Assembly (NCBI GenBank): GCA_019058315.1
Contig: JAHPZH010000001.1
Coordinates: forward strand, 343,536-407,535
DNA length: 64,000 nt
From: Candidatus Helarchaeota archaeon
Lineage (GTDB): Archaea; Asgardarchaeota; Lokiarchaeia; Helarchaeales; RDOG01
Reading direction: 5' to 3'
Part shown: positions 1 to 8,893 of the stretch, in pieces
How the letters are laid out: every line of letters starts with the position of its first letter
Position numbering within the stretch: the stretch's first letter is position 1
The notes under the pieces: generated by a model
Databases searched by the model: none
What the model saw: only the letters and a program-made list of their open reading frames with translations
What the model was told of the DNA's origin: nothing
Made by a program: the position numbers and the translations under genes

Positions 1-271
1 ACCACGACCTCCAGATCACCGTCCCCATCAATATCCCCTAGAGCAGGGGAAGAATATATATCGCCCCCTGTCTGTACGGGCCAACCCGTCACGTTCGTCC
101 CATCAGCGTTCAATGCCCAAATTTTATCATCATAGGATCCAACCACGACCTCCAGATCACCGTCCCCATCAATATCCCCTAGAGCAGGGGAAGAATATAT
201 ATCGCCCCCTGTCTGTACGGGCCAACCCGTCACGTTCGTCCCATCAGCGTTCAATGCCCAAATTTTATCAT
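1..271. repeat. Exact 130-bp direct repeat (1..130 = 142..271), period 141 bp, inside the FG-GAP gene
   Basis: accacgacctccagatcacc...caatgcccaaattttatcat occurs identically at 1 and 142. More degenerate copies continue to ~790. Confidence 0.9.
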
Positions 272-959
272 TTGCCCCTATCACGACCTCCAGATCGCCG
301 TCTCCATCAAGGTCGCCGAGAGCAGGAGAAGAATATACATCCCCCCCTGTTTGTACGGGCCAACCCGTCACGTTCATCCCATCAGCGTTCAATGCCCAAA
401 TTTCATCATCATTTGACCCGATCACGACCTCTAACTGCCCGTCGCCGTCGATATCGCCAAGAGCGGGTGAAGAACGTACATTAAATCCTGTCAGTACAGG
501 CCACCCCGTCACGTCCGTCCCGTCATGGTTGAGAGCATAGATGTTGAAGTCCCACCCCCCGACCACGACCTCTAGCTGACCATCTCCGTCAAGGTCACCA
601 AGAGCGGGTGAAGAACGCACATCGGAGACTAAATCTACGGGCCATCCCGTCACGTTCGTCCCGTCGTGGTTGATGGCATAAAGTTTATCGTCCCACCCCC
701 CGACTAAAACCTCCAGATCGCCATCCCCGTCAATGTCGCCAAGAACGGGCGAAGATTGAACAGATCCGTCTGTCATTATGGGCCACCCGGTCATGTTGGA
801 TACTTTTGAAAATATTGGTCTTTCAGGGTTTGGTGCTAATGAGAAAAGGGTTCTCCACTGTGGTAATTCATTCAATGAAGACGAAGAAAGTGCACAAATA
901 CCTGCTGAAATCATGAATGTTGTAAAAATTAGTAAATATGTCATTTTATTTTTTTTCAA
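1..959 (-). CDS. Secreted FG-GAP/VCBS-repeat beta-propeller protein (partial, runs off window start)
   Basis: Not in the ORF track. Manual translation from TTG at 959 gives MKKNKMTYLLIFTTFMISAGICALSSSS (signal peptide), then ~47-aa repeats GWPVQTGGDIYSSPALGDIDGDGDLEVVVGSYDDKIWALNADGTNVT. The frame is open to position 1. Confidence 0.9.
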   Translation of the reverse strand, partial: MKKNKMTYLLIFTTFMISAGICALSSSSLNELPQWRTLFSLAPNPERPIFSKVSNMTGWPIMTDGSVQSSPVLGDIDGDGDLEVLVGGWDDKLYAINHDGTNVTGWPVDLVSDVRSSPALGDLDGDGQLEVVVGGWDFNIYALNHDGTDVTGWPVLTGFNVRSSPALGDIDGDGQLEVVIGSNDDEIWALNADGMNVTGWPVQTGGDVYSSPALGDLDGDGDLEVVIGANDKIWALNADGTNVTGWPVQTGGDIYSSPALGDIDGDGDLEVVVGSYDDKIWALNADGTNVTGWPVQTGGDIYSSPALGDIDGDGDLEVV

Positions 960-1013
960 AATTTTCCACCATCATCTAATATATTACTAGTCTTATATAA
1001 AAATTGGGTGAGC

Positions 1014-1211
1014 TCATTTCATACGCAATACTTCTATTTCTCCAGTTTTCTCATTTATTTTTATTTCATCAGTTCTATTAGCTTGCTCTATCACTACTTT
1101 TCCATCATTAAAAATTCTTACACGCTTTATATTTCTCGGATATGGAACGTAAAAAGTAACTTCTTTAAATACATTATGATTTTCTGATAAATAGAATTTT
1201 TTTTTCTCCAA
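1014..1211 (-). CDS. Small hypothetical protein
   Basis: 65-aa ORF with TTG start preceded by aggag; fills the intergenic gap. Confidence 0.6.
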   Translation of the reverse strand: MEKKKFYLSENHNVFKEVTFYVPYPRNIKRVRIFNDGKVVIEQANRTDEIKINEKTGEIEVLRMK

Positions 1212-1333
1212 TTTCCAAATCTCCTATTGTAAAAGTTAAAAGATTTCTCTTAAACCTTATTTTTTAAGGGAATTTAATAATTTCCATCTATAAATAAAAT
1301 AATTAAGTTATTAATTCTTTACATTATATTGAG

Positions 1334-1579
1334 GTGATTACTTACACAGATCAAAATGATAAACCAGCTCAAAGAAAAGCAAAATGCCCTTATTGCCTAC
1401 AACCTCCTCCCGTAGGTCCTCACTGGATGTGTAGTGATTTTGAAAGTTTTGGGTGTGGGACTAGCTTTGATACCTTTGAAACAAATGCTGTTTGTCCTAA
1501 CTGTGGACGAAAATTTCGCTTAACACAATGTATAAACTGTGGTGAATGGAGCCCTATAGAAAATTATTATACATACTGA
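1334..1579 (+). CDS. Small multi-CxxC zinc-finger/zinc-ribbon protein
   Basis: CPYC, WMC..GCG, CPNC and CINC pairs; gagg overlapping the GTG start. Confidence 0.75.
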   Translation: MITYTDQNDKPAQRKAKCPYCLQPPPVGPHWMCSDFESFGCGTSFDTFETNAVCPNCGRKFRLTQCINCGEWSPIENYYTY

Positions 1580-2133
1580 TGATTTGGCTCCTCGTGAATT
1601 TTAATATATTTTGAAGGAATATGGTTAGTTAAATAAACTTTATCCGTTGCCTTTTCAATTTTAACACCTTCTTTCATTGCCTCCGAAGCGTTAATTATTA
1701 AAATAACAGGCTTTTTAGTCCTTCTCTTTCCAACTCTAATGGCTGCTTCGATAGTTTTAGATAAATGGACTTTTCTTCTCCCCATTGGATTTAAACCTTC
1801 TTTTAAAATCGTTTCTGCTGCTTTTTGTGTTGTTCCGTGATAAAGTTTGTCTATTTTTATTTCTTCTAAATTATAGGAGACATCAATACTATGTCCATAA
1901 ATTGCCCTTATACGATTCTTTTTGATTTCATATCTTTCATTTCCAAAAGCTACTGAAAGTAATTCTTTTTTATTTAATGATTTATATTTATTTTGAACAA
2001 AAGATAAAAATTCATCTAAATCTACAAACCCCTCTTTATCCAAATTTAAGTTTTTTGGATTATGCCTTAGTAAATAGCTCATATATTTGCTAATTTCAGT
2101 ACTTTTCTTTTTATCGATTATTATTTTTGGCAT
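1567..2133 (-). CDS. kptA: RNA 2'-phosphotransferase (Tpt1/KptA)
   Basis: SKYMSYLLRH, RYE, IRAIYGHS, LYHGT, GLNPMGRRKVHLS motifs. Confidence 0.95.
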   Translation of the reverse strand: MPKIIIDKKKSTEISKYMSYLLRHNPKNLNLDKEGFVDLDEFLSFVQNKYKSLNKKELLSVAFGNERYEIKKNRIRAIYGHSIDVSYNLEEIKIDKLYHGTTQKAAETILKEGLNPMGRRKVHLSKTIEAAIRVGKRRTKKPVILIINASEAMKEGVKIEKATDKVYLTNHIPSKYIKIHEEPNHQYV

Positions 2134-2235
2134 TTGAAGAACATTCTCATTTATTAAATAAGTTTTTAATGTTATTATAATTAGAATTCTTGTTAGATTA
2201 ATTCTTCGTTACTGATTTATATTTGAGGCGTTTAT

Positions 2236-3399
2236 GTGGTTGAATTTTTGCATTTAAAAGGTAGTTATGAAGAAATGGGTCTGCAACAAGGAAAACAATT
2301 GAAGACTAAAATTAAGGGAATGATAGATTATATTTTTCATTCAGAAATGATAACAGTAGTGAAACCAAAACTTGTTCCTCTATTCCTCCTAAAATTTGGA
2401 TTAGGTTTACTTGGAAGATTCAGAATAAAAAAAGCAATACAAAAACATCTACCAAATCAATATGATAAAATGATGGGTATAGCAAAGGGAGCAAAACTCA
2501 GTAAAAATTTTACTTATGGGTTGCATTTTGTTGAAATATATTCCGGAAATCCTAAGACTACCTCATATATTCCCCAAGGATGTACTATGTTATTTGCATT
2601 ACCTCCAGCAACTGCAGATAATTCATTATTATTTGCTCGAAATTATGATTTTCCAAATGTTTTACAACCCTATCAAATGGTTAGAGTTGATGAACCAGAT
2701 GATAAATTAAAAACTATTTGTATTACGCAATATATTTTAGCTGGAACTCACATGGGTATGAATGAAAAAGGATTAGCAATAGCAATAAATTATGCGAGAA
2801 CTTGGGAAAAATACCCTGACGATTTTAGATTCAAAGGAGTTCCTTCCACTTTACTCGTCCAAGAAGCTCTTGAAAATTTTGAAACCACAGAAGAAGCCAT
2901 TGAATTTGTATCGAAATTTCCAGCACGAGCAAATGCAATATATTTCGGAATTATGGATAAATCTGGAGATGCTTGTGTTGTTGAAACTACCTGCAAAAGA
3001 TTTGCTATAAGAAGACCGGAAGATGGAATTATGGCACATTCTAATACCTTTCGCACTGAAGAGCTGAGTGATGTAAATGTTCCTGATAGGTTTCACTGGA
3101 AATTAAAAAAGATGAGACATGTACCCTACATTAAATCGCCGAAAATGCGCTATGATAGGGCTTTCGAATTATTAACTAAGTTCAAAGGAAATATTAGCAT
3201 CGAAACATTGAAAGAAATTCTAAGCGACCATTATAATAAAGAAATTGGAGAACAAGAAATTGGAGATGATTTTACTATATGTTCACATGGGGAAACAGGA
3301 AGTACACTCGCCTCTATTATAGCACGTCCAAAGACCGGTCAATTCTTTGTAACAGATAATAGACCATGTCAATCAATATATGAAGAATTTAAAATATAG
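2236..3399 (+). CDS. Peptidase C45 / acyl-CoA:6-APA acyltransferase-like Ntn hydrolase
   Basis: GSYEEMGLQQG N-terminus, G|CT autocleavage site, ARNYD, GMNEKGL, AHSN. Confidence 0.85.
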   Translation: MVEFLHLKGSYEEMGLQQGKQLKTKIKGMIDYIFHSEMITVVKPKLVPLFLLKFGLGLLGRFRIKKAIQKHLPNQYDKMMGIAKGAKLSKNFTYGLHFVEIYSGNPKTTSYIPQGCTMLFALPPATADNSLLFARNYDFPNVLQPYQMVRVDEPDDKLKTICITQYILAGTHMGMNEKGLAIAINYARTWEKYPDDFRFKGVPSTLLVQEALENFETTEEAIEFVSKFPARANAIYFGIMDKSGDACVVETTCKRFAIRRPEDGIMAHSNTFRTEELSDVNVPDRFHWKLKKMRHVPYIKSPKMRYDRAFELLTKFKGNISIETLKEILSDHYNKEIGEQEIGDDFTICSHGETGSTLASIIARPKTGQFFVTDNRPCQSIYEEFKI

Positions 3400-3441
3400 A
3401 AACTAACTTATTTTTATTTTGTAATCAGAATAGGTGATCTT

Positions 3442-3861
3442 TTGTCAATTAGAAATGCAGAACTTGAAGACGTTCAAGCTATTACTGATCTTGCAAATAA
3501 TTGTGCTCCTCATTTAAGACCTAGTGTGTTTGGAACTTATGAATATTTTGCTCGCTGTTTTAAGAGTACATTTTTTGTTTATGAAGAAAATGGCTCACTT
3601 AAAGGATATATTGTAGGATTTCCAAATATTGATGTTAAAGGGGAATATTGGTTATATCAAATCTGTATACATAGTGAAATGAGAAGTAAAAAAGTTGGAT
3701 CTAAATTAATTGTTCCATTTATTGAAGAAATTAAAAACAAAGGGTATAAAAATATTAAAAGCCATGCAAATAACCAGCATTCAGCCAATCTCCATAAAAA
3801 ATATGGATTTAAAACCTACGATACTGATGAAAGTGGTTGGTTTATGAAGTTAATTTTATAG
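3442..3861 (+). CDS. GNAT N-acetyltransferase (EctA-like subfamily)
   Basis: IRNAELED start, QICIHSEMRSKKVGSKL acetyl-CoA motif, LHKKYGF. Confidence 0.85.
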   Translation: MSIRNAELEDVQAITDLANNCAPHLRPSVFGTYEYFARCFKSTFFVYEENGSLKGYIVGFPNIDVKGEYWLYQICIHSEMRSKKVGSKLIVPFIEEIKNKGYKNIKSHANNQHSANLHKKYGFKTYDTDESGWFMKLIL

Positions 3862-3926
3862 ATTTCATAAAAATCTTTTTATTAATGAGTCAACATTTTA
3901 ATAATAAATTTACGGGATAAATTAAA

Positions 3927-4397
3927 TTGCAAAAAAAATACCTCTTATTACTTATAGGAATCATTGGGGGTGCAGCTGCCATAGGTACGATATATGGAAT
4001 CCAAATTATTACTGACAACCAATCGGGTAATAAGCTGGCAACCTACATGTTAACAATTGCTTTCACTCCCGTTCCAGTGCGTATAGAAGTTTCTTGCGAC
4101 ACTTCATGGGAAGGTAATTGGACCATAGGCACCAAAAGTAATGTAACATCTGGAGTAGGTGGCATTTACAACTTCACTGGTAAGATATCTGGCATTGAAA
4201 ATGCTGTGGGACATTTTTACATTTCAAATATGTTAGGTAGTCACTCAATTAATGTAACAATATACTTGAATGGAAAATTAATGGATAATAAAACGGCTTT
4301 AGTCGTGTATACCGTAGTTTCAGTAAATCAAAAAAGTCCGTATAGTGATCTAATTCCCTTAGCATTTCTTACTGTTGCGGCAGACTTAGACTTTTAA
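3927..4397 (+). CDS. N-terminally membrane-anchored beta-rich hypothetical protein
   Basis: Hydrophobic N-terminus, several N-x-T/S sequons. Confidence 0.7.
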   Translation: MQKKYLLLLIGIIGGAAAIGTIYGIQIITDNQSGNKLATYMLTIAFTPVPVRIEVSCDTSWEGNWTIGTKSNVTSGVGGIYNFTGKISGIENAVGHFYISNMLGSHSINVTIYLNGKLMDNKTALVVYTVVSVNQKSPYSDLIPLAFLTVAADLDF

Positions 4398-4430
4398 ATA
4401 TATTCTCTTCTCTTTTTATTTTTAATTCAA

Positions 4431-5366
4431 CTAAAAGTACCATTGTCTATTCAAGTAAACTATAGTAAATAATAAAACCAACAGTAATAGAATAAGCAGA
4501 ATTAGAGCACTGATTCTATCAATTTTCCCACCATTATCTAGCCCAACGCAAATAAGTATTGCTGCAATAAAACTAGAAAAAAAAATCCAATAATGTAATG
4601 TATCAAAAATAATACCTTGATAAAAAATCACATATAATGGTATTAGAAACAAAAGAGGAATCAATGATACTTCTATTATCCTTAAAAATCTCTTTTTATT
4701 AATTAAAGCATATGTAAGCAAACCAATAACAAACATTAAGAAATTTGTATAAGCATATTTCCAAAACTCAAATGTCTCAAATGGTCTGGAATAAAGGAAA
4801 ACTAATAAAACGGTCACTAATATAATTGAGCTACCGACACTTATAATAAGATTTCTGGCAAGAGAATGTTCACTAGTAAAATGAGATTTCTTCTCTATTC
4901 GGAATGATTCATCGGAAAAAACACTAGGTCTATAAGGTTCGACTGTATCCAACTCTTCTTCTGTAAATGATAGAGCCTGTTCTGGGTGCCTTATAGCATC
5001 ATATAAACCTGCTAATTTATCTTCTACATCTTCCCAATTCTTTAAATATTCAACTGTTTTATTTAAAGTCGGTTTGAAAGACATAACATCCTCATTAGAT
5101 ATTATTACTAATGCGTACGTTTCTGCTCCGCCACGAGCGGAATCTAAAGAAATAGAAAAGCGTTGAGAAATGCAATTTATTCCACTTAATGAAAAAGAGT
5201 TAAATTCTAGTTGTGAACCAAAACCTATAGCGTTTCTTGCAATTTCTGTTAATAATTTGTCATCATTTTCATAATCCTTATCATCGAAAAACATTGGGTC
5301 TATTGGTACATAGCCTTTTTGTTCATCAAATTTACATAGGAACACGCCTTTCATTTGGTTCATCAC
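4431..5366 (-). CDS. Membrane protein with N-terminal longin/uDENN-like domain and ~5 C-terminal TM helices
   Basis: N-terminal GVFLCKFDEQKGYVP resembles the hhhxxFDxxxGP start of longin/uDENN folds; ARG..YALVII follows; hydrophobic C-terminal half. Confidence 0.6.
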   Translation of the reverse strand: MMNQMKGVFLCKFDEQKGYVPIDPMFFDDKDYENDDKLLTEIARNAIGFGSQLEFNSFSLSGINCISQRFSISLDSARGGAETYALVIISNEDVMSFKPTLNKTVEYLKNWEDVEDKLAGLYDAIRHPEQALSFTEEELDTVEPYRPSVFSDESFRIEKKSHFTSEHSLARNLIISVGSSIILVTVLLVFLYSRPFETFEFWKYAYTNFLMFVIGLLTYALINKKRFLRIIEVSLIPLLFLIPLYVIFYQGIIFDTLHYWIFFSSFIAAILICVGLDNGGKIDRISALILLILLLLVLLFTIVYLNRQWYF

Positions 5367-5593
5367 TAATTTTGTATTTTTTATATTCTCTTTTCTGTTA
5401 AACTTTTATTGAAAACATCCTCATTAAATATTTGTTTATAATTTAAAATCTATAAATCTTCAATTAGACTCCACATAAATTTCATAGTACAATATAGGAT
5501 TCAATATTATTGATAAAATGACTTCCTTAAAGATTTAAAAGTATAAAAAAAAGTGAAATAGAATTAGAAATATTAGAATAAATTTATTAAACA

Positions 5594-6268
5594 CTATTTT
5601 ATCTCAATGGAAATACCCATAAAATTTGGTTTCACGATCCAGTTAGCTAAATTTGCTTGCTCAATGAATGTTCGAATCTCATCAGGAGTATAACTCGCAT
5701 AAACAGACGATTTCCACCATTTCCATTCCTTTCTGGCAATGAAAGGCCCAATTACGTATAGAATAAATTTTCCTCTAAATCCCAAATCTCTGCGTTCATC
5801 TTCTATGTGGAGTTTTCCACTAGGCTTCATAACTCGTGCAATTTCCAAAAAACCTTTAATGGGGTCGTCCCAATGATGCAAAGAATCATTCGAGATTACA
5901 AGATCATAAGTCGCATTAGAAATATTCTCCATATTCTCCACGATTCCATGTATATACTGCACTCGTTCGGCAACTCCTTCTGCTTCTGCATTTTTTTTTG
6001 CAACCCTAATCATATCAGGTGAGGCTTCCAAACCTTCAACTGAAATATCTGGACGTTCTTTAGCCAGCCAAATCCCAATCCACCCGGGTCCTGGACCTAT
6101 TTCTAGAACTTTAGCATTTTCAGGAGGTATTATGTTTTTTATGATGTGATTAATAAAGCCTCTATATTCAAAACCCATCATTTTCCTCATTTTCTCACTA
6201 TATTCTTCCATAGTCATCTCTTCTTGATCTAAAATTGCGCCACCTTCAGGAACTCTTGTTTTTACCAT
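5594..6268 (-). CDS. Class I SAM-dependent methyltransferase
   Basis: VLEIGPGPG motif I, YDLVISNDSLHHW, RVMKPSG. Confidence 0.92.
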   Translation of the reverse strand: MVKTRVPEGGAILDQEEMTMEEYSEKMRKMMGFEYRGFINHIIKNIIPPENAKVLEIGPGPGWIGIWLAKERPDISVEGLEASPDMIRVAKKNAEAEGVAERVQYIHGIVENMENISNATYDLVISNDSLHHWDDPIKGFLEIARVMKPSGKLHIEDERRDLGFRGKFILYVIGPFIARKEWKWWKSSVYASYTPDEIRTFIEQANLANWIVKPNFMGISIEIK

Positions 6269-6348
6269 TTTATTTCATACCTAAAGTTTTTAATTATTGA
6301 ATAGTAATAGAAATACAAATAATTAGTGTATAAAACGAAGTATACAGT

Positions 6349-7224
6349 ATGAAACAAGAGCGTTTAATCAAAAAATTACAAAGACTTAATTTGACAAAAG
6401 AGGAAGCAACCCTATTTCTTTTTCTCTTAACCATTAAATCCGCAACTATCCGAGAAATTCACAATTCAAAGGAATTTTGTTTGAAACAACGACCCAATCT
6501 TTACAAAACACTTAATAATTTGAAGGAAAAGAATTTTGTAGTTGAAGAGGTTAAGGGTGGAAAAAAAAGATTTTTTCCTATTGCACCTCATATGGTGATT
6601 GAGAATTATATTTCTAATCAAGAACAAGAGCTTAAAAAGTTAAAAGAATCAGCACCCAAATTATCTGAAGCAATGGAAAATATTTTAAAAACACCATTTG
6701 AGGAATTTTCCCCAATTCCTGATCCTTTAATTGAATTCATAAGCGGTGTTGTAAATGAGGATTGGAGTATTAGGGAACCTCCTGAGATAATTAAAAAAAG
6801 GGAACTGAGAGCGATTATTTATAGTGTCGAATTTAATACACATCGGCAATTTGCAGGTAATAGTGCTGGTCTTGTTCTCTTTATATTTCGATATCAACAA
6901 CATAGGGATGAATCAATAGAAGAAGTTAAACAATACCAACAGTCTCAATTCGAACAAGCACTTAAATCATTTAATGGACAGGGATTTTTTCAAATTGAAG
7001 ATTATTGGGTTGAAAAAAAATTTATGGAAATAAATGATATGAAGTTTGATTATTCTGAATTTCACGTAAAATCAAATATCTCATCTGATTCTGCAAGTGG
7101 TATAATAACCCTTCTTTTTAAAGAACATCCCACTAAAATTATATCACTTTGGGCAGCAGATCTCAAGGATTTCTTCGATCTTATAACACGAGTAACTAAA
7201 AAATTTGAAGTTTCAACTTTTTAA
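6349..7224 (+). CDS. TrmB-family HTH transcriptional regulator
   Basis: LQRLNLTKEEA..LL, RPNLYKTLNNLKEKNFV..RFFPIAP winged HTH followed by a coiled coil. Confidence 0.75.
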   Translation: MKQERLIKKLQRLNLTKEEATLFLFLLTIKSATIREIHNSKEFCLKQRPNLYKTLNNLKEKNFVVEEVKGGKKRFFPIAPHMVIENYISNQEQELKKLKESAPKLSEAMENILKTPFEEFSPIPDPLIEFISGVVNEDWSIREPPEIIKKRELRAIIYSVEFNTHRQFAGNSAGLVLFIFRYQQHRDESIEEVKQYQQSQFEQALKSFNGQGFFQIEDYWVEKKFMEINDMKFDYSEFHVKSNISSDSASGIITLLFKEHPTKIISLWAADLKDFFDLITRVTKKFEVSTF

Positions 7225-7351
7225 AAAAACCTTAAAGTGCTAATTTAATAAATAGGAATTTATCCTTAAATTACAGATTGGTAAATATAAATAAAGATTA
7301 AGGTGTAATATTTATTAATTTGTAATTAAAACTATAATTTGGGATATTTAA

Positions 7352-8272
7352 ATGAAAGTTCTAATAATGGGACTTAGAAGTGCTGGTAAAACTACTTTAG
7401 TTAAGCACGTTCTTGAAGGAAAAGAATGGGAAGAGATAAAAAACCTTAATCCAACAGAATTTGTTGAAACTACGAGCTATAAATATAGGGGGCTACTTGA
7501 TGTAACAACTTTCGATTGCGGAGGGCAAGAATCGTTCATTTTATCATACTTTACGGAGCAATGGAGTCATAAAATATTTAGTAATGTTTCTGTATTTATT
7601 TGGATTATCGATAGCTCTGATTTACGTACCTTTCGTGAATCTAAAAAAGAATTATTAAAATCCTTAAACTTCATAAAAAATTATTCACCTGGGGCACGTA
7701 TTTTTGTAATTGCAACTAAATACGATGTTAATAAAATTTCCTTAAAAAATATTCGTAAAGAACTAGCAGGATTGGGGATTGAACAAATATCTTCTACCTC
7801 TATTCCACTGGGTATTGCACGTGAAATTGTTTGTACGATTTTAGATGGAACATTGACCAAGGAACTCAAATCAAAAATAACTAAATTGGAAAAAGAGCTT
7901 AATAGATTTAATAAAAAAATAAATGCAATAGCCACATTGATAATTAATAAATCAGATGGTCTAGAATTAGCTTCTTCGGTTAGTTCGGAAAAATTAAATC
8001 CTGAAATTTTAAAATACATATCAACAAAGGCGTTAGTTGAACCATTAAATAGCACCCGACCAATCTTTACTAAACTTCAAAAGGAAGGATATGTCGATTT
8101 GCCAGACGCAGAGTTGGGACTATGGCATGTCGGAACTTATTATGTGAATTTATTTAATATCAATGAACAATTTGCTCTATTCTCTATATTAGAAGAAAGA
8201 AATTTCAAAATAAAAACCTTAATAGGTTATTGTGATTCAATAAAAAACTCAGTTTTACAGTTTTTAGGCTAA
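7352..8272 (+). CDS. Rag/Gtr1-like small GTPase with C-terminal roadblock domain
   Basis: GLRSAGKT, DCGGQESF..YF, IFSNV, SPGARIFVIATKYD; C-terminal ATLIINKSDGLELASS roadblock-like segment. Confidence 0.88.
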   Translation: MKVLIMGLRSAGKTTLVKHVLEGKEWEEIKNLNPTEFVETTSYKYRGLLDVTTFDCGGQESFILSYFTEQWSHKIFSNVSVFIWIIDSSDLRTFRESKKELLKSLNFIKNYSPGARIFVIATKYDVNKISLKNIRKELAGLGIEQISSTSIPLGIAREIVCTILDGTLTKELKSKITKLEKELNRFNKKINAIATLIINKSDGLELASSVSSEKLNPEILKYISTKALVEPLNSTRPIFTKLQKEGYVDLPDAELGLWHVGTYYVNLFNINEQFALFSILEERNFKIKTLIGYCDSIKNSVLQFLG

Positions 8273-8304
8273 ATTCGTGTCAGTAGTTATTTTTATTATG
8301 TATC

Positions 8305-8817
8305 TTACTTTTTCTGCGCTTTTTTAACAGCTTCAAAAAAACCTTTCATCTCATCTATTAATTCCGCTCTTATCGATGTCGGTTTAGCTTTAATTTTTTC
8401 TTGAGGTGGTGTAGGTTTTAAAATAGATTTTCTAAAATCAGCAATTTCTGCTTCAGAAACAGGACCCGTTAGTTTTTGACTATCAATAGGTGGAACACTC
8501 GGTTTTAATTGTTTGGGCATTTCTACTGCTACTTTTGGAGCTTGAGGCGGTAATTCCACTGGTTTTTTGATAAGTGTTTTAAGTTCATCTATATTATTTT
8601 TTATTTGATTAATCATTGATTGGTGAAAAGAATAAATATCTATAATTGTATCAATTCCTCTTTCTAAACTTGTAATTCTTTTTTCTAACTCAATTTCACG
8701 TTGTTCCATCATTCCAAATGCATTAATTATCATTTTGAAAAAGTGATCAAACAAATTAGATACTTCTTCCACATTTCCCTTTTCTAAAGCGTCTGAAAGA
8801 AATTTTCCAAACTCCAT
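8305..8817 (-). CDS. Coiled-coil/Pro-rich protein with beta-thymosin/WH2-like motif
   Basis: Heptad N-half, PVELPPQAP..PSVPP linker, AEIADFRKSILKPTPPQEK, C-terminal amphipathic helix SIRAELIDEMK. Confidence 0.65.
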   Translation of the reverse strand: MEFGKFLSDALEKGNVEEVSNLFDHFFKMIINAFGMMEQREIELEKRITSLERGIDTIIDIYSFHQSMINQIKNNIDELKTLIKKPVELPPQAPKVAVEMPKQLKPSVPPIDSQKLTGPVSEAEIADFRKSILKPTPPQEKIKAKPTSIRAELIDEMKGFFEAVKKAQKK

Positions 8818-8893
8818 TTTATTTCAACTTATATTAATCTATGAAAAATTATAAGATGGATCTCATAATTAAGAATTAGTACAAATACTATTC

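Noticed and set aside
1-790. 141-bp repeats as a CRISPR array or non-coding repeat
   Set aside because: The period is a multiple of 3, the units encode FG-GAP blades, and there are no unique spacers or cas genes.
113-990. + strand ORFs 113..484 and 778..990
   Set aside because: They are antisense shadows of the minus-strand FG-GAP gene; their repetitiveness comes from that gene.
3442-3861. Ectoine biosynthesis (ectA)
   Set aside because: Only subfamily-level resemblance; no ectB or ectC nearby.
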